The position numbers and the translations under genes are program-made. Below the pieces are notes generated by a model. The model searched no databases, had not been told where the DNA came from, and saw only the letters and a list, made by a program, of their open reading frames with translations. A stretch of 64,000 bases of DNA from an uncultured delta proteobacterium. Its GTDB lineage: Bacteria; Myxococcota_A; Polyangia; Haliangiales; Haliangiaceae. Below, piece by piece: positions 45,120 through 55,137 of the stretch. Numbering within the stretch: the stretch's first letter is position 1; each line of letters starts with the position of its first letter. Location: the NCBI GenBank assembly GCA_963743525.1, contig CAVUQH010000002.1, positions 32,001 through 96,000 on the forward strand. Reading direction: 5' to 3'.

Positions 45120-46436
45120 TTACAGGCGGTAGGGACCAATCTGGCGCAGGTTGGAGGCGCCGGCGTCGCGGCCGAACACGCGCACCACACGCCCGGCCGC
45201 GACGCCGGCGCCGTCGGCGCGGCGATAGAGGATGTCGACCACCTCGCCGCGCTGGATCTCGCGGGCGTCGGCCAGCGGCACGCGCACGCGTCCGCGCCGG
45301 CGGCTCTCGGGCGAGCTGAGGATCAAGGTCGCCTCGTCGCCGTCGCGCTCGATCGTCTGCACGACCTCGCGGTGCCGGCGCACCGGCAGACGCACGGTGG
45401 CCGGCCGCGACCGCGGCGGCGCGACACCGGCGCCGTTGGGCTGACCGGTCAGATCGAGCGGCGGCGGGTCACCGAAGCGGTCGCGCAGTGCCTGCGGATC
45501 CGCGGCCTGCTTGCGCGCGGCGTCGTACGCGGCGTAGCGGGCCCGCTCGTCGTTCATGGCGTCGGCGACCGCGGCGTGCAGCGCATACGCCAGCCGCGAG
45601 CGATCGGGAACGGCGTGCAGCAGCGCGCGCTCGGTCTGCGCGGTGAGCGGATCGTCCAGGGCATCGGCGACCCGGGCGATCAGCGCCGCGGCCTCGCGCG
45701 GCACCCGCTGGCCCAGGCACTCCACCGTCGTGCCACCCAGCAGCCGGCACGACTCCACGTACTGTTGCCGCAGCGCTTCGAGGCGCAGCCGGTGACTCAG
45801 GTTGAAGGTGTCGTTGGCCAGCGCGCCGTCAACCTCGTCGCGCAGCGCACGCCACGCGCGCAGCTGCGACTCGAGCTCGTAGCCGGCGGCGCGCCAGCGG
45901 TGGCGCGTCTTCTGCACCGGGGCGACATAGACCCGCTTCCAGCGCACGTCGAGCCGCGGCACGACGGCCAGCAGATGCTTGCGCGCCGCCTGCACCCGCT
46001 GCATGAACCGCCGCTGGATCGCGCGCGGCACCCGCAGCGACAGCACCCGCGACGTCACCGCATCGACATCCAGCGAGCGTGCCAGCTCGTACCGCGTCGC
46101 CGCCGCCCCGGGGAGGAACGGCAGCACGTCGCCGCGCGCCCCGGTCGCATACCAGCAGGCGCCCGAGCGATGACAACTGGCCAGCACCACCGCGGCCAGG
46201 AACGGATTCGGCCGCTCCTCGTCGAAGCGCGCGTAGACCATCTGATAGCCGCGCGCCGACACCGGCCGGCAGGCGATCGCTCGCACCGCGTCCTCGGCAG
46301 TGCGTGCCCGCTCCAGAGGTACCGCGCCGTCGCAACCAACCGACGGTGCGGCCGCGGGCACCGCCCGCCTGTCCCCCGCCGGCGGCGCGTGACATCCCCC
46401 CACCAGCGCCAGTACCAGCGTGCCGACTTTCCACAT
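45120..46436 (-). CDS. Hypothetical lipoprotein
   Basis: MWKVGTLVLALVGGC lipobox; no recognised domain. Confidence 0.55.
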   Translation of the reverse strand: MWKVGTLVLALVGGCHAPPAGDRRAVPAAAPSVGCDGAVPLERARTAEDAVRAIACRPVSARGYQMVYARFDEERPNPFLAAVVLASCHRSGACWYATGARGDVLPFLPGAAATRYELARSLDVDAVTSRVLSLRVPRAIQRRFMQRVQAARKHLLAVVPRLDVRWKRVYVAPVQKTRHRWRAAGYELESQLRAWRALRDEVDGALANDTFNLSHRLRLEALRQQYVESCRLLGGTTVECLGQRVPREAAALIARVADALDDPLTAQTERALLHAVPDRSRLAYALHAAVADAMNDERARYAAYDAARKQAADPQALRDRFGDPPPLDLTGQPNGAGVAPPRSRPATVRLPVRRHREVVQTIERDGDEATLILSSPESRRRGRVRVPLADAREIQRGEVVDILYRRADGAGVAAGRVVRVFGRDAGASNLRQIGPYRL

Positions 46437-46576
46437 GTCCACGAGTGCCTCCAGGGTCAGGCGGGCCGTGCGCCCGCGTCGCACAGCCCAGTACCCACAC
46501 CCGGCGACATGTCGCAGAAAAAGATCCGACCACTGCACGGTGGGGCCGCACTGGCCCTCAGGACCGTGCGCAGCGG

Positions 46577-47197
46577 TCAATGAATGCTCGTCGACGCACC
46601 TCCATCAGCGCGCGCCGCGGGCATCCGGCGCGGCCCCAACACCACCAGTGCGACCCGGCCCGACGGCTTCCACTCGGCGATGAATCCATCGACCGGGCGC
46701 ACCCGCAGGCCACGCGCAGGATCGACCGTGACCACCCGCCGCCGGTCCGCGTTCCAGCCGAGGACGATCTCGTAGTGAGCAAAGCCGCGCCGATTGCTGT
46801 GCGGCTCCACCAGCCCGACGATGACCGGGCGGCGTCCGGCCAACTCACGGCGCAAATCGGTCACCGTGCCGGCAACCAGGAACGCGCGCAGGCCGCGCTG
46901 CCTGAGCGCATCGCGCAACCTGCCCGCGCGAACCCCGCGGCCCGACCGCGGTGGCGCCAGCGACCACGCCTCGGCCAGTGAGACCGGACGGTCCCAATAG
47001 CGAAGCATGCTCGCCAGCACCGCCGGCCCGCAGTCGTCGGCAGAGCGCTGGCGCACCACCGGAACCCCGCGCGCCGCCACCCAGCCGGGTTGTCGATCCA
47101 GCCGGGCGGCGTCGAAATCGCGCGCGCTCCCCGTGTAGTGGACGCAGGCGCCCGCGGCGATCACCAACAGCGCGATGGCGGCGCGGCGAAGCATCAC
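46577..47197 (-). CDS. C39-like cysteine peptidase lipoprotein
   Basis: Lipobox AGAC; QRSADDCGPA (Q/C), HYEIVLG (H), VDPARG (D). Confidence 0.85.
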   Translation of the reverse strand: MMLRRAAIALLVIAAGACVHYTGSARDFDAARLDRQPGWVAARGVPVVRQRSADDCGPAVLASMLRYWDRPVSLAEAWSLAPPRSGRGVRAGRLRDALRQRGLRAFLVAGTVTDLRRELAGRRPVIVGLVEPHSNRRGFAHYEIVLGWNADRRRVVTVDPARGLRVRPVDGFIAEWKPSGRVALVVLGPRRMPAARADGGASTSIH

Positions 47198-47481
47198 TAG
47201 GCCAGCAAGATCACCAGAAGGATCAGCACCAGCACGCCCGAGGACGTCAGGATGAGCACGGTGTGCCCGCCCTCGAACTGCTCGAGCTTGTCGCCCGCGC
47301 GCTGCTCGCGTTGGCGATAGCTCTGCCCGACATCACGCGATGCCGGCGTCGGCGCCGAGCGATCCGGGCGCGCGTCAGTCCGAGTAGCAACCACCGCTGG
47401 CGCCGCCTGCGCGGCCGTACCAGCAAGTCCAACGAGTGAGAACGCCACTGCCAGGGTCAGCAGTCGCAGAATGCGTTTCAT
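47197..47481 (-). CDS. Small exported protein with Gly-Gly motif and hydrophobic C-terminal tail
   Basis: AGGAGG RBS; signal peptide ending AQA; LEQFEGG then HTVLILTSSGVLVLILLVILLA. Confidence 0.8.
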   Translation of the reverse strand: MKRILRLLTLAVAFSLVGLAGTAAQAAPAVVATRTDARPDRSAPTPASRDVGQSYRQREQRAGDKLEQFEGGHTVLILTSSGVLVLILLVILLA

Positions 47482-47505
47482 AGAAACCTCCTGCGCCGTT
47501 TCTGC

Positions 47506-47521
47506 TGCAACCACCGTTCCG
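47506..47521 (-). promoter_or_regulatory. Sigma54 (-24/-12) promoter candidate
   Basis: Minus strand CGGAACG-GTGG-TTGCA, GG-N10-GC spacing exact. Confidence 0.55.
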
Positions 47522-47718
47522 CCACGCCAACCCACCGGAACCCGGCGGGGCGCGGCCACGCGCTGCTACGTCGCTGCCCCGCTGTGGCGGAACGGGGCAA
47601 GCCGCACGCAAATGGCCCCTAATCCAGCTCTTAGCCCCCTCGCGATCGCGATCTCACGCCCGCACAGCCACGACAGGTGCTGGCAACCCCTGGTCATCGC
47701 CGAGCATCTCATCCCACA

Positions 47719-48735
47719 ATGGACACCGCTCGCTCCCGGCAGCTGCTCTCGGCCGCCGCGTGCACCGCGGCGCTCGCGTCGATCTACGGCGTCTGCATCG
47801 CCGTGGGCCGCTCGCATCTCCTCGCCGAGCACCCCGACGCGCTGGGCACCGCACTCACGGTCAACCTGACCGTCTCCGCCGCGCTCGCCGTCTACCTGCT
47901 CGGCGTCCGCCGCGGCGTCCTGCCCCGCGCCGTGCTCATCCCCGTGTTCGGCGCCGGCCTGGTCGTCGCGCGCGCGCTCGTCCCTGCGCGGCACCATCAG
48001 GTGGCCACCGTCATGATGGCGGCCTGGAGTATCGTCGAGCTCGCGCTGCTGGCGTGGCTCGCGTATCGCGCACGCCACGCCCTCCGCGCCTACCGGTGCC
48101 AACGCGATGCCGGACGCAGCGTGCCCTGGGCACTGCAGCACGCCCTCGCCTCCGCGCTGGGCAACGGCCGGGCCGCGGGCTTCATCGCCAGCGAGCTCAC
48201 GATCCTTGCCTGCGCCACCGCCGGACTGTTCCGGCGCGGCCCTGCGCAACGTTGCCGGGATCGCGACGAGTCGATGTGGATGGCGGCCCTCGCCGGCCTC
48301 GGCGTCGCTCTCGTCGGCGAGGCGTTCGCGGTGCACATGCTACTCCGCGCCTGGTCACCAAGCGCGGCGCTGATCGCCGGATGCCTCCACGCCTACACCG
48401 GCCTGTGGCTGCTCGGCGACGCCCGCGCCCTGCGCCTGTCCCACGGCACCCGCGTCGATGGCGACGTACTGGAGATCGACCTCGGTCTCCACGCCCGCGC
48501 GCGCCTGCCGCTGTCCGCGATCGATCGCCTCGAGGCGGTCGGCGCCGCCCCACCGGACCGCGCCACGCCCGGCTACGTCCGCGCCACCTTGCTCGGCGAC
48601 CCCAACCTGCTCATCCACCTGCGCGAGCCGACGCCGGTGCACCTGGCCCTGGGCCGCGAGCGCCTCGCCACCACCATCGGAGTGGCCCTCACCGCCCCGG
48701 AAGCTCTGGCCGAGGTGATGCCCAACAACACTTGA
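47719..48735 (+). CDS. Hypothetical multi-pass membrane protein
   Basis: About six hydrophobic segments plus soluble C-terminal beta-rich domain. Confidence 0.7.
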   Translation: MDTARSRQLLSAAACTAALASIYGVCIAVGRSHLLAEHPDALGTALTVNLTVSAALAVYLLGVRRGVLPRAVLIPVFGAGLVVARALVPARHHQVATVMMAAWSIVELALLAWLAYRARHALRAYRCQRDAGRSVPWALQHALASALGNGRAAGFIASELTILACATAGLFRRGPAQRCRDRDESMWMAALAGLGVALVGEAFAVHMLLRAWSPSAALIAGCLHAYTGLWLLGDARALRLSHGTRVDGDVLEIDLGLHARARLPLSAIDRLEAVGAAPPDRATPGYVRATLLGDPNLLIHLREPTPVHLALGRERLATTIGVALTAPEALAEVMPNNT

Positions 48736-48823
48736 ACTTCGCGCGCCGCTCGGGCAAAGTTCTCCCCCTTCGGCGGCCCCGGCCGCTCGAAGGCCGCAGA
48801 AAAACTGAAGATCATCGCCCAAT

Positions 48824-48898
<75 letters not shown>

Positions 48899-48995
48899 TA
48901 CGCAGGGACCGCTTCGTCGCCGTGTCCCGGAGCGTGATCGGCGAACGCCGGACATTGCCGGCCACTGCACGGGCGGGCAGCGCGATCGTGGATCG

Positions 48996-49499
48996 GTGCG
49001 GTTCGTGGTGGTGATGGTGGCGCTGCTGGGAGCGCCCGCGACGGCGTGGGCCGGAGCGGGCGGCGGCGGTGGCGCGCAGGTGGCGACGGGCGGCACGGAC
49101 CACTACCTGCTCGGCCAGGTCGAGGGCGGATGGTACGAGCGGAAGGTCAACCTTCATCTCGCGGTGCGCGGTGGGCGCATCGTCGGCGATGACGAGGGCT
49201 ACGCGGGCTGGGCCGTCGAAGTGACCGGTGGGGTGCGCGCCTTCCCGGTGTGCGCTCTCCATCTCTGTCTGGGCGCGGGTGTGGACGCGGGGTGGGCGCG
49301 TCACCAGTGGACGACGCCGGTGACGGTCGAGCCGGTCGAATCGTTCGTGGCGCTACCGGTTGTCGTCGTGTCGGCGCGCCCGGCTCGCAGGTGGCGAGTC
49401 AACGTCGCTACCGGGCTCCGCGTCACCGGCGACCACCGGAGCGGATGGATGTTCGGGCTCGCAATCGTCGTTGCGGCCGACGAGGCCACACCGCGGTGA
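48996..49499 (+). CDS. Hypothetical secreted beta-strand-rich protein
   Basis: Signal peptide ending AWA; alternating strands. Confidence 0.5.
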   Translation: MRFVVVMVALLGAPATAWAGAGGGGGAQVATGGTDHYLLGQVEGGWYERKVNLHLAVRGGRIVGDDEGYAGWAVEVTGGVRAFPVCALHLCLGAGVDAGWARHQWTTPVTVEPVESFVALPVVVVSARPARRWRVNVATGLRVTGDHRSGWMFGLAIVVAADEATPR

Positions 49500-49527
49500 G
49501 CTTCGGGTCGTCACCGCGGTGGCGGGC

Positions 49528-49908
49528 TCAGGGGATGGTGACCGTGATCTTGTCGGACGGATCGGAGATGGCCTCGCCCTGCATCGCGTGAACCATGTAG
49601 ACGTAGGTCGTGCCGGAGACGGCGGTCGTGTCGTCGTAGGTGGTCTGCGTGGACGGCACCTTCCACATCGACGTGGTCTTGTCGGTGTTCTGCTCGACGC
49701 GCATGACCATGAACATGTCCTCGCCGCCGGATCCCGACCAGGTCATCTGCACGGCGCCCGAGCCCGCGTCGTAGGTGGCGGTGAAGTCGGTCGGCGCCAC
49801 CAGTGGCGCGGTGTTGTTGCCGTCGTCGCCGGCGCATCCGGCGACCAGCGCCGGGGTGGCGAGCAGGAGGAGGGAGGCAACGGCGAGCAATCGCGTGATC
49901 TTCGGCAT
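49528..49908 (-). CDS. Lipoprotein with fibronectin type III-like domain
   Basis: Lipobox VAGC; APTDFTA...MTW...YDDT...GTTYVYMVHA. Confidence 0.75.
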   Translation of the reverse strand: MPKITRLLAVASLLLLATPALVAGCAGDDGNNTAPLVAPTDFTATYDAGSGAVQMTWSGSGGEDMFMVMRVEQNTDKTTSMWKVPSTQTTYDDTTAVSGTTYVYMVHAMQGEAISDPSDKITVTIP

Positions 49909-50039
49909 GCGTGAACTGAATCACGGCAGGCGGTGGCGGCGCAATCCGGCGGAGGCCGACAGGGAATGACAGCGGCGCGACTGCCGCTTCTCAACGGGTT
50001 GGGCCCGTCGGGCCGCTGGCCCCCGAGCTCTTCGGTCCC

Positions 50040-50931
50040 TCAGGTCACGATCACCAGGCAGGTGCCGTCGTGGCAGAACTCGTGGTCGCCGCAGTCGTTG
50101 TTGGTCGTGCAGTCGCCGGGCGGCGTCGGGTCGCAGCTCTGGGTGTCAACGTCGGGGGTGCAGCAGTCGCCGGGGGTGACCTCGACGGTATTGGTCCCGC
50201 CCTTGGCCGGCGAGGCGTGGACCTCGCTCATGAAGGCGGAGCCGAAGCCGACCGGATCGAAGGCCGACTGCGCGATCCAGAATCTCGTAGACGACGCGGA
50301 AGTCCCAGTCGGGCGCGGCCGGATCGGGGGTGCAGTTGGCGTCGGTCATCGGTGAGTCGGTGGTGAAGTCGCAGTAGCCGCGCTCGTTGAGGTTGCGGTC
50401 CATCGAGGTGGTGACGGCGAGGATGGCGGATGGATCGCCCAGGTTCACCTTGCCGTCTCCGCCGGTCACGCCGAGGCTGCTGTAGCCGCACGGGGCGTTG
50501 GGATCCTGGCTGAGGTAGTCGAGGTCGAGATCGAACACGGTGTCGCCGTTGGCGTCGAGCGCGACGATGTTGATGTGGTCGCTGCCGACGAGGTCGTTGA
50601 ACTTGTGGCCCTTCGGCCAGCCGACGGCGTTGGCGCCGTAGCTGTTGTCGGCAAACGAGGGGTTGAGGGTGATGCGGATGTAGACCGCCGGGATGCCCTG
50701 GTAGGTGGTGAGCTCGTGCTCGATGACCGCCTCCGGCGGGGAGTCGGGCGGATCGCCCACGCCGTCCAGGCAGACCGCGTTGTTGCCGGGGGGCTGTTCG
50801 CTGCCGCCGGCGCACTGGCCAAACGGCGGTGTGTAGACGCCGCCGTCTGAGCCACCACCACCGCCGCCGCTGGAGCTGCCGCCGCAGGCGACCAGGAACG
50901 CGAGTCCAACGGTTGTGGAGATCTTCTTCAC
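50040..50931 (-). CDS. Hypothetical Cys-containing lipoprotein; apparent +1 frameshift near 50281
   Basis: Lipobox LVAC; removing one base gives VYEIWIAQSAFDPVGFGSAFMSEVHASPAK and a Cys-rich tail. Confidence 0.7.
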
Positions 50932-51091
50932 GGCGGCTCCTCCGACGCGACAACGGGGCGTCGACCTTCGATCCTCCCACGATTCCGCCGCGCAGAGGTC
51001 AGCGATCTGTGCACCGGGCACGCCCCGCACCGGGACCTACATGGCCTACATCGAAGCCGCCGCCCGCTGGCTCTACAATGGCCGGCGAGGG

Positions 51092-52435
51092 ATGGGCAAC
51101 CTATCCACCAGCTCCGAGATGCGCTTCGGGCGCTACCGGGTCGTCGGTCAGCTCGGCGCCGGAGCGATGGCGCAGGTCTATCGCGCGCACGACGAGACGC
51201 TGGGCCGCGACGTAGCGATCAAGGTGGTGCAGACCGCGTATCTCGGCCCGTTCGCCGCCGAGCAGTTCCGCGCGCGGTTCGCGACGGAGGCGCGGGTAGT
51301 CGCCGGGCTGTCGCACCCGAACATCGTCGCGGTGCACGACATCGGGGTCGAGGACGGCAAGCCGTTCCTGGTGATGGAGCTCGCCGAGGGGGCGTCGCTC
51401 AAGCAGCGGCTCGAGCAGGGAACGCTGTCGTGCGAGGAGGTGCGGCTGCTCGGCGCGCAGATCGCTGGAGCCCTGGCAGCGGCGCACAAAAGCGGCATCG
51501 TCCACCGAGACGTCAAGCCGGCCAACCTGCTGCAGGCCAGGCCGGGACTGTGGAAGCTGGCCGACTTCGGCGTCGCCCACGCGCCCGATTCGGAGCTCAC
51601 CATCACCGGGCAGTTCGTCGGCTCGCCGGCGTACGCGGCGCCCGAGGCGCTGAGCTCCGGTGAGATGGGACCCGCCTGCGACATCTACGGGCTGGGCGCG
51701 ACGATGTGGACGGCGCTGGTCGGCAAGGCGCCGTACGCCGATCGCAAGACCGGGGCGTTCGGCGCCGGCGGTCCGCCGGATCTGACGGCGGAGCGGCCGG
51801 ACGTGCCGCCGCCGCTGGCACAGGCCATCAGCGCGGCGCTCACGATCGATCCGGACGGGCGCCCGACGGCGGCCGCGCTGTTGCGCGCGCTGGAGCAGAC
51901 CACCGCCGCACCGCCGGCGGGGCGGCCAACGCCTGTGCCGATGCCGATGGTCGCGCCCGGCGTGGGAACCGAGGACACCGCGCTGGCGGCGACGAGCACT
52001 ACCGTCCTGGTGGCGGAGGCCGAGCGCCGGCGCCGGCGCCGAATCGCCGCGGCGGTCGGCGGCGGGGTGCTGCTGTTGCTGATCATCGCCATCGCCGCGT
52101 CGGGCTCCGACTCCCACGGGCCGCCGCGGCCGCGCCCGGCTCCCGCGTTCGGGGCCAGCGGCGTGCTGGCGGCCGGCGACAGCGACGGCGAGGAGCCGGT
52201 GATGGTCGGCAACTACCCGCGCGAGGGCAAGAACGCCGACCGCATGGCCAAGGCGCTCGAGAAACTCGACGCCGGCAACTACCGCGAGGCGGCCAAGAAG
52301 CTGCGCGAGATCCTGCGCGACGATCCCGACGACTACGAGGCGCGCGCACTGTACGACCAGGTGGCGCCGTACGCCGACGACAACGGTCCGCCGGGACACC
52401 GCGGCCGCGGCAAGAAGCGCGGGCACCGCGACTGA
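51092..52435 (+). CDS. Membrane Ser/Thr protein kinase
   Basis: GAGAMA, VAIK, HRDVKPAN, DFG, APE; TM and short TPR-like C-terminus. Confidence 0.9.
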   Translation: MGNLSTSSEMRFGRYRVVGQLGAGAMAQVYRAHDETLGRDVAIKVVQTAYLGPFAAEQFRARFATEARVVAGLSHPNIVAVHDIGVEDGKPFLVMELAEGASLKQRLEQGTLSCEEVRLLGAQIAGALAAAHKSGIVHRDVKPANLLQARPGLWKLADFGVAHAPDSELTITGQFVGSPAYAAPEALSSGEMGPACDIYGLGATMWTALVGKAPYADRKTGAFGAGGPPDLTAERPDVPPPLAQAISAALTIDPDGRPTAAALLRALEQTTAAPPAGRPTPVPMPMVAPGVGTEDTALAATSTTVLVAEAERRRRRRIAAAVGGGVLLLLIIAIAASGSDSHGPPRPRPAPAFGASGVLAAGDSDGEEPVMVGNYPREGKNADRMAKALEKLDAGNYREAAKKLREILRDDPDDYEARALYDQVAPYADDNGPPGHRGRGKKRGHRD

Positions 52436-52439
52436 GCGC

Positions 52440-53339
52440 TCACGCCGGAAGGTGATCGAGCGAGCGGAAGGCGGCGTCGAGCGCGGCGATCATGGCCCCG
52501 GCATCGGCGAAGCGCTCCTCGGGCTTCTTGTGCAGGGCGCCGGCGACGAGAGCTTCCAGCTCGGGCGTCACCCACGCGGCGCCCCCTGCCCGCTCGGCCA
52601 GTGACGGCGCCGGCGCGCGGATGTGCTGGCGCAGAATGGCCGCGCCGTTGTCGCCGCGGTACGGCGGCTCGCCGGTGAGCATGTCGAACAGGATGCAACC
52701 GACGGCGTACAGATCGGTGCGGCCGTCTACGGCTCGGCCCAGCGCCTGCTCGGGCGGCATGTACGACGGCGTGCCGTGGACGACGCCGGTGCGGGTCAGC
52801 TCGTCGTCGCCGATCATGTGCGCGGCGACGTCACTGATCAGCTTGACCAGGCCGAAGTCGAGCACCTTGAGCTGATCGTAGGGAGCGTCGGCGCGCCCGG
52901 CCTGGACCACCATCAGGTTGTCGGGCTTGAGGTCGCGGTGGACCAGCCCGGCGCTGTGGGCGAACGCCAGCGCCTGCAGGGTCTGGCGCGCCAGCACCAG
53001 CGCGCGGCGCGGCTCGAGCGGGCCGTCCGCGAGCATGTCGCCGACCGACGCGCCGCGCACAAGCTCCATCACCAGCGCCAGTGGCCCGTCGGCGACGCGG
53101 CCCAGCGCGATGGTCTCGACGATGTGCGGGTGGCGGAGGAAGCTGCCGGCGCGGGCCTCGCGCTCGAGGCGGAGACTCATCTCCTGGTGCTGCGCCCACT
53201 CGGGCAGCAGCGTCTTGATCGCCACCGGGCGGTCGTCGCGGGTGTCAACGCCCTCGTGGACGGCGCCCATGCCGCCCATCGCCAGACAGCGGCCGATGCG
53301 GTAGCGCTCGGCCACCAGTCGTCCCTCGAAGTCGCTCAC
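52440..53339 (-). CDS. Stand-alone Ser/Thr protein kinase
   Basis: MGGMG, VAIK, HRDLKPDN, DFG, GTPSYMPPE. Confidence 0.92.
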   Translation of the reverse strand: MSDFEGRLVAERYRIGRCLAMGGMGAVHEGVDTRDDRPVAIKTLLPEWAQHQEMSLRLEREARAGSFLRHPHIVETIALGRVADGPLALVMELVRGASVGDMLADGPLEPRRALVLARQTLQALAFAHSAGLVHRDLKPDNLMVVQAGRADAPYDQLKVLDFGLVKLISDVAAHMIGDDELTRTGVVHGTPSYMPPEQALGRAVDGRTDLYAVGCILFDMLTGEPPYRGDNGAAILRQHIRAPAPSLAERAGGAAWVTPELEALVAGALHKKPEERFADAGAMIAALDAAFRSLDHLPA

Positions 53340-53398
53340 GCCGCTCGATTGTACGGCAACGTCCCCACTCCCGCGCCGCCGGCCTCCACCTCGGTTCC

Positions 53399-53755
53399 GT
53401 GGTAAACGACGCTGTGCCTCTGATCTACCGCCGCAGCGAGCAGGACGGCCGCATCGAGATCCAGGTCAAGCCGGCCTGGTACGTGGCTCGCTACGCGACG
53501 CTGCCGTTTGCCCTGCCCCTCATCGTCCTCGGCCCGCGGCTGGGGATGATGGCGGTCTATGTCTGCGCCGCCGGGCTGCTGGGCTCGCTGCTGGTGCGAA
53601 TCTTCGGGCTGCGCGCCGTGCGCCGCGAGCTCCACGACGCCATGCGCCGCGGCGTGTTGCAGCTGAGCGGCAGCGCCTGGGACTACCGGCACCCGCTGCG
53701 CTACGGCTATACGCGCCCGCTACCGCCGGCGACCGTCGTCAAGGACGGTCACTGA
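53399..53755 (+). CDS. Small hypothetical membrane protein
   Basis: Two hydrophobic segments; fills the intergenic gap. Confidence 0.55.
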   Translation: MVNDAVPLIYRRSEQDGRIEIQVKPAWYVARYATLPFALPLIVLGPRLGMMAVYVCAAGLLGSLLVRIFGLRAVRRELHDAMRRGVLQLSGSAWDYRHPLRYGYTRPLPPATVVKDGH

Positions 53756-53764
53756 GGCGCGCGC

Positions 53765-55066
53765 CTACTCGCCGAACTGCAGCCTCACCTGATCGCGCAT
53801 CTTGATCTTCTGCACGTCGGTGAGCTTGTCGGACTGATCGATGACACCGTAGACGTACGGCTTGGAGAAAGCGCCCGACTCGCACATCTCCTTCACCTTG
53901 CTCCACGTCTTGACGTAGGGCTCCATGTCCTTGTCGCGGATGATGCCGCCCAGGTTCTTGCGCGCCCACTCGGAGCCCCTGGTCTTCCAGCTGCTCTTTT
54001 CCTCGTCCGAGTCGGACTTGTTGATGCGCACCAGCTTGTCGTCGACCTTGCGCCCCTTGGCGTCGCCGATGCCGGGCACCAGGTCGCCACGCGCGGCGTC
54101 GAGCCGGGCGAGGGGAAACTGGGTGTGGTCCATTGGGTTGCCGATGCCGACCGACTGCAGCTCGAAGACGTCGCCCTTGGTCAGCGCCATGCCGGCCGAG
54201 TGGACGAGGTCGCCCTCGGCGCGGTAGTGGGTGCTGGTGACCTGATCCTCGGGCTTGGCCTTGGCGTTGTGTTCCTTGAGCGCCTCGGCATCCTTGGGAT
54301 TGATGCCGGGAGACTGGAAGGTGACGATCCGCGCCACCCCGCCGGGGAAGCGACAGGCCGCAAGCTGCGCCAGAGCACCGCCCAGGCTGTGGCCGGTGAC
54401 GATCGCCTTGCCGCCGGCGGCGCCGAACACCTGCTCGATGCGGCCGACGTTGGAGGTGAACTGATAGGTGCCGATGCCCTTGCGGTTGACGTCGTCGGAG
54501 ACACCGCGCGGGCCGTGCTTGTTGTCGGTGCCGCGGAAGGCCATGACCGGCCGCGGGCGGCCGCCGTGAATGGCGCGGATGGTCTTGGCCCGATCGGTGT
54601 TGTTCGCCAGCGCTTCAGAGGTGGGCAGGTACAGGACCAGGCGGAAACCGCTCTCCGGATCCTCGACGGCACCGGCCTCGCGATAACCCCACGCCGGCAG
54701 CTTGGTGTTGTCCAGGCGGCCGTAGGCGCCGTTGTGCGCCAGCTGCTCGAGGACGATGTCGAGGTTGGAGATCTCCTGCGCGTCCTGGAGGACCTTCTTC
54801 TTGCGCCCGGGCATCTTCAGCCGCGCGTCGTAGATCGCCTTCTTCGGGTTGAGCGACGACAGCGACCACTTCTTGGCCTTCTTCTCGTCCGACTCGACCG
54901 GCTTGGGCTCGACCTCGGTCTCGAGCGACTTGCCGGTCTCCCTGGCCGCCAGCTTCGAGACCTTGTCCTGGTCTTCGTCCTCGTCCTCCTCGTGCTCGCC
55001 CTCTTCGGATTCGAGCTCGGGCTCGGGCTGCTTTATCTGTTCCTGCTTGTCGGGCTTGGACTCCAC
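53765..55066 (-). CDS. Alpha/beta-hydrolase (class 3 lipase-like) with acidic/charged N-terminal extension
   Basis: MAFRGT, VTGHSLGGALAQ, TFQSPG, GDLV, H; GTG 55066 follows GAGGAG RBS. Confidence 0.82.
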   Translation of the reverse strand: MESKPDKQEQIKQPEPELESEEGEHEEDEDEDQDKVSKLAARETGKSLETEVEPKPVESDEKKAKKWSLSSLNPKKAIYDARLKMPGRKKKVLQDAQEISNLDIVLEQLAHNGAYGRLDNTKLPAWGYREAGAVEDPESGFRLVLYLPTSEALANNTDRAKTIRAIHGGRPRPVMAFRGTDNKHGPRGVSDDVNRKGIGTYQFTSNVGRIEQVFGAAGGKAIVTGHSLGGALAQLAACRFPGGVARIVTFQSPGINPKDAEALKEHNAKAKPEDQVTSTHYRAEGDLVHSAGMALTKGDVFELQSVGIGNPMDHTQFPLARLDAARGDLVPGIGDAKGRKVDDKLVRINKSDSDEEKSSWKTRGSEWARKNLGGIIRDKDMEPYVKTWSKVKEMCESGAFSKPYVYGVIDQSDKLTDVQKIKMRDQVRLQFGE

Positions 55067-55137
55067 CGTGCTCCTCTTACGTGGAACGACGGAGGAATCC
55101 CCCTCCGCCGGGAGGGAATATCGCACGAGCCAGCGGG

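Noticed and set aside
46504..46515. 12-bp palindrome GCGACATGTCGC as an operator
   Set aside because: Single short instance with no linked regulator; could be chance
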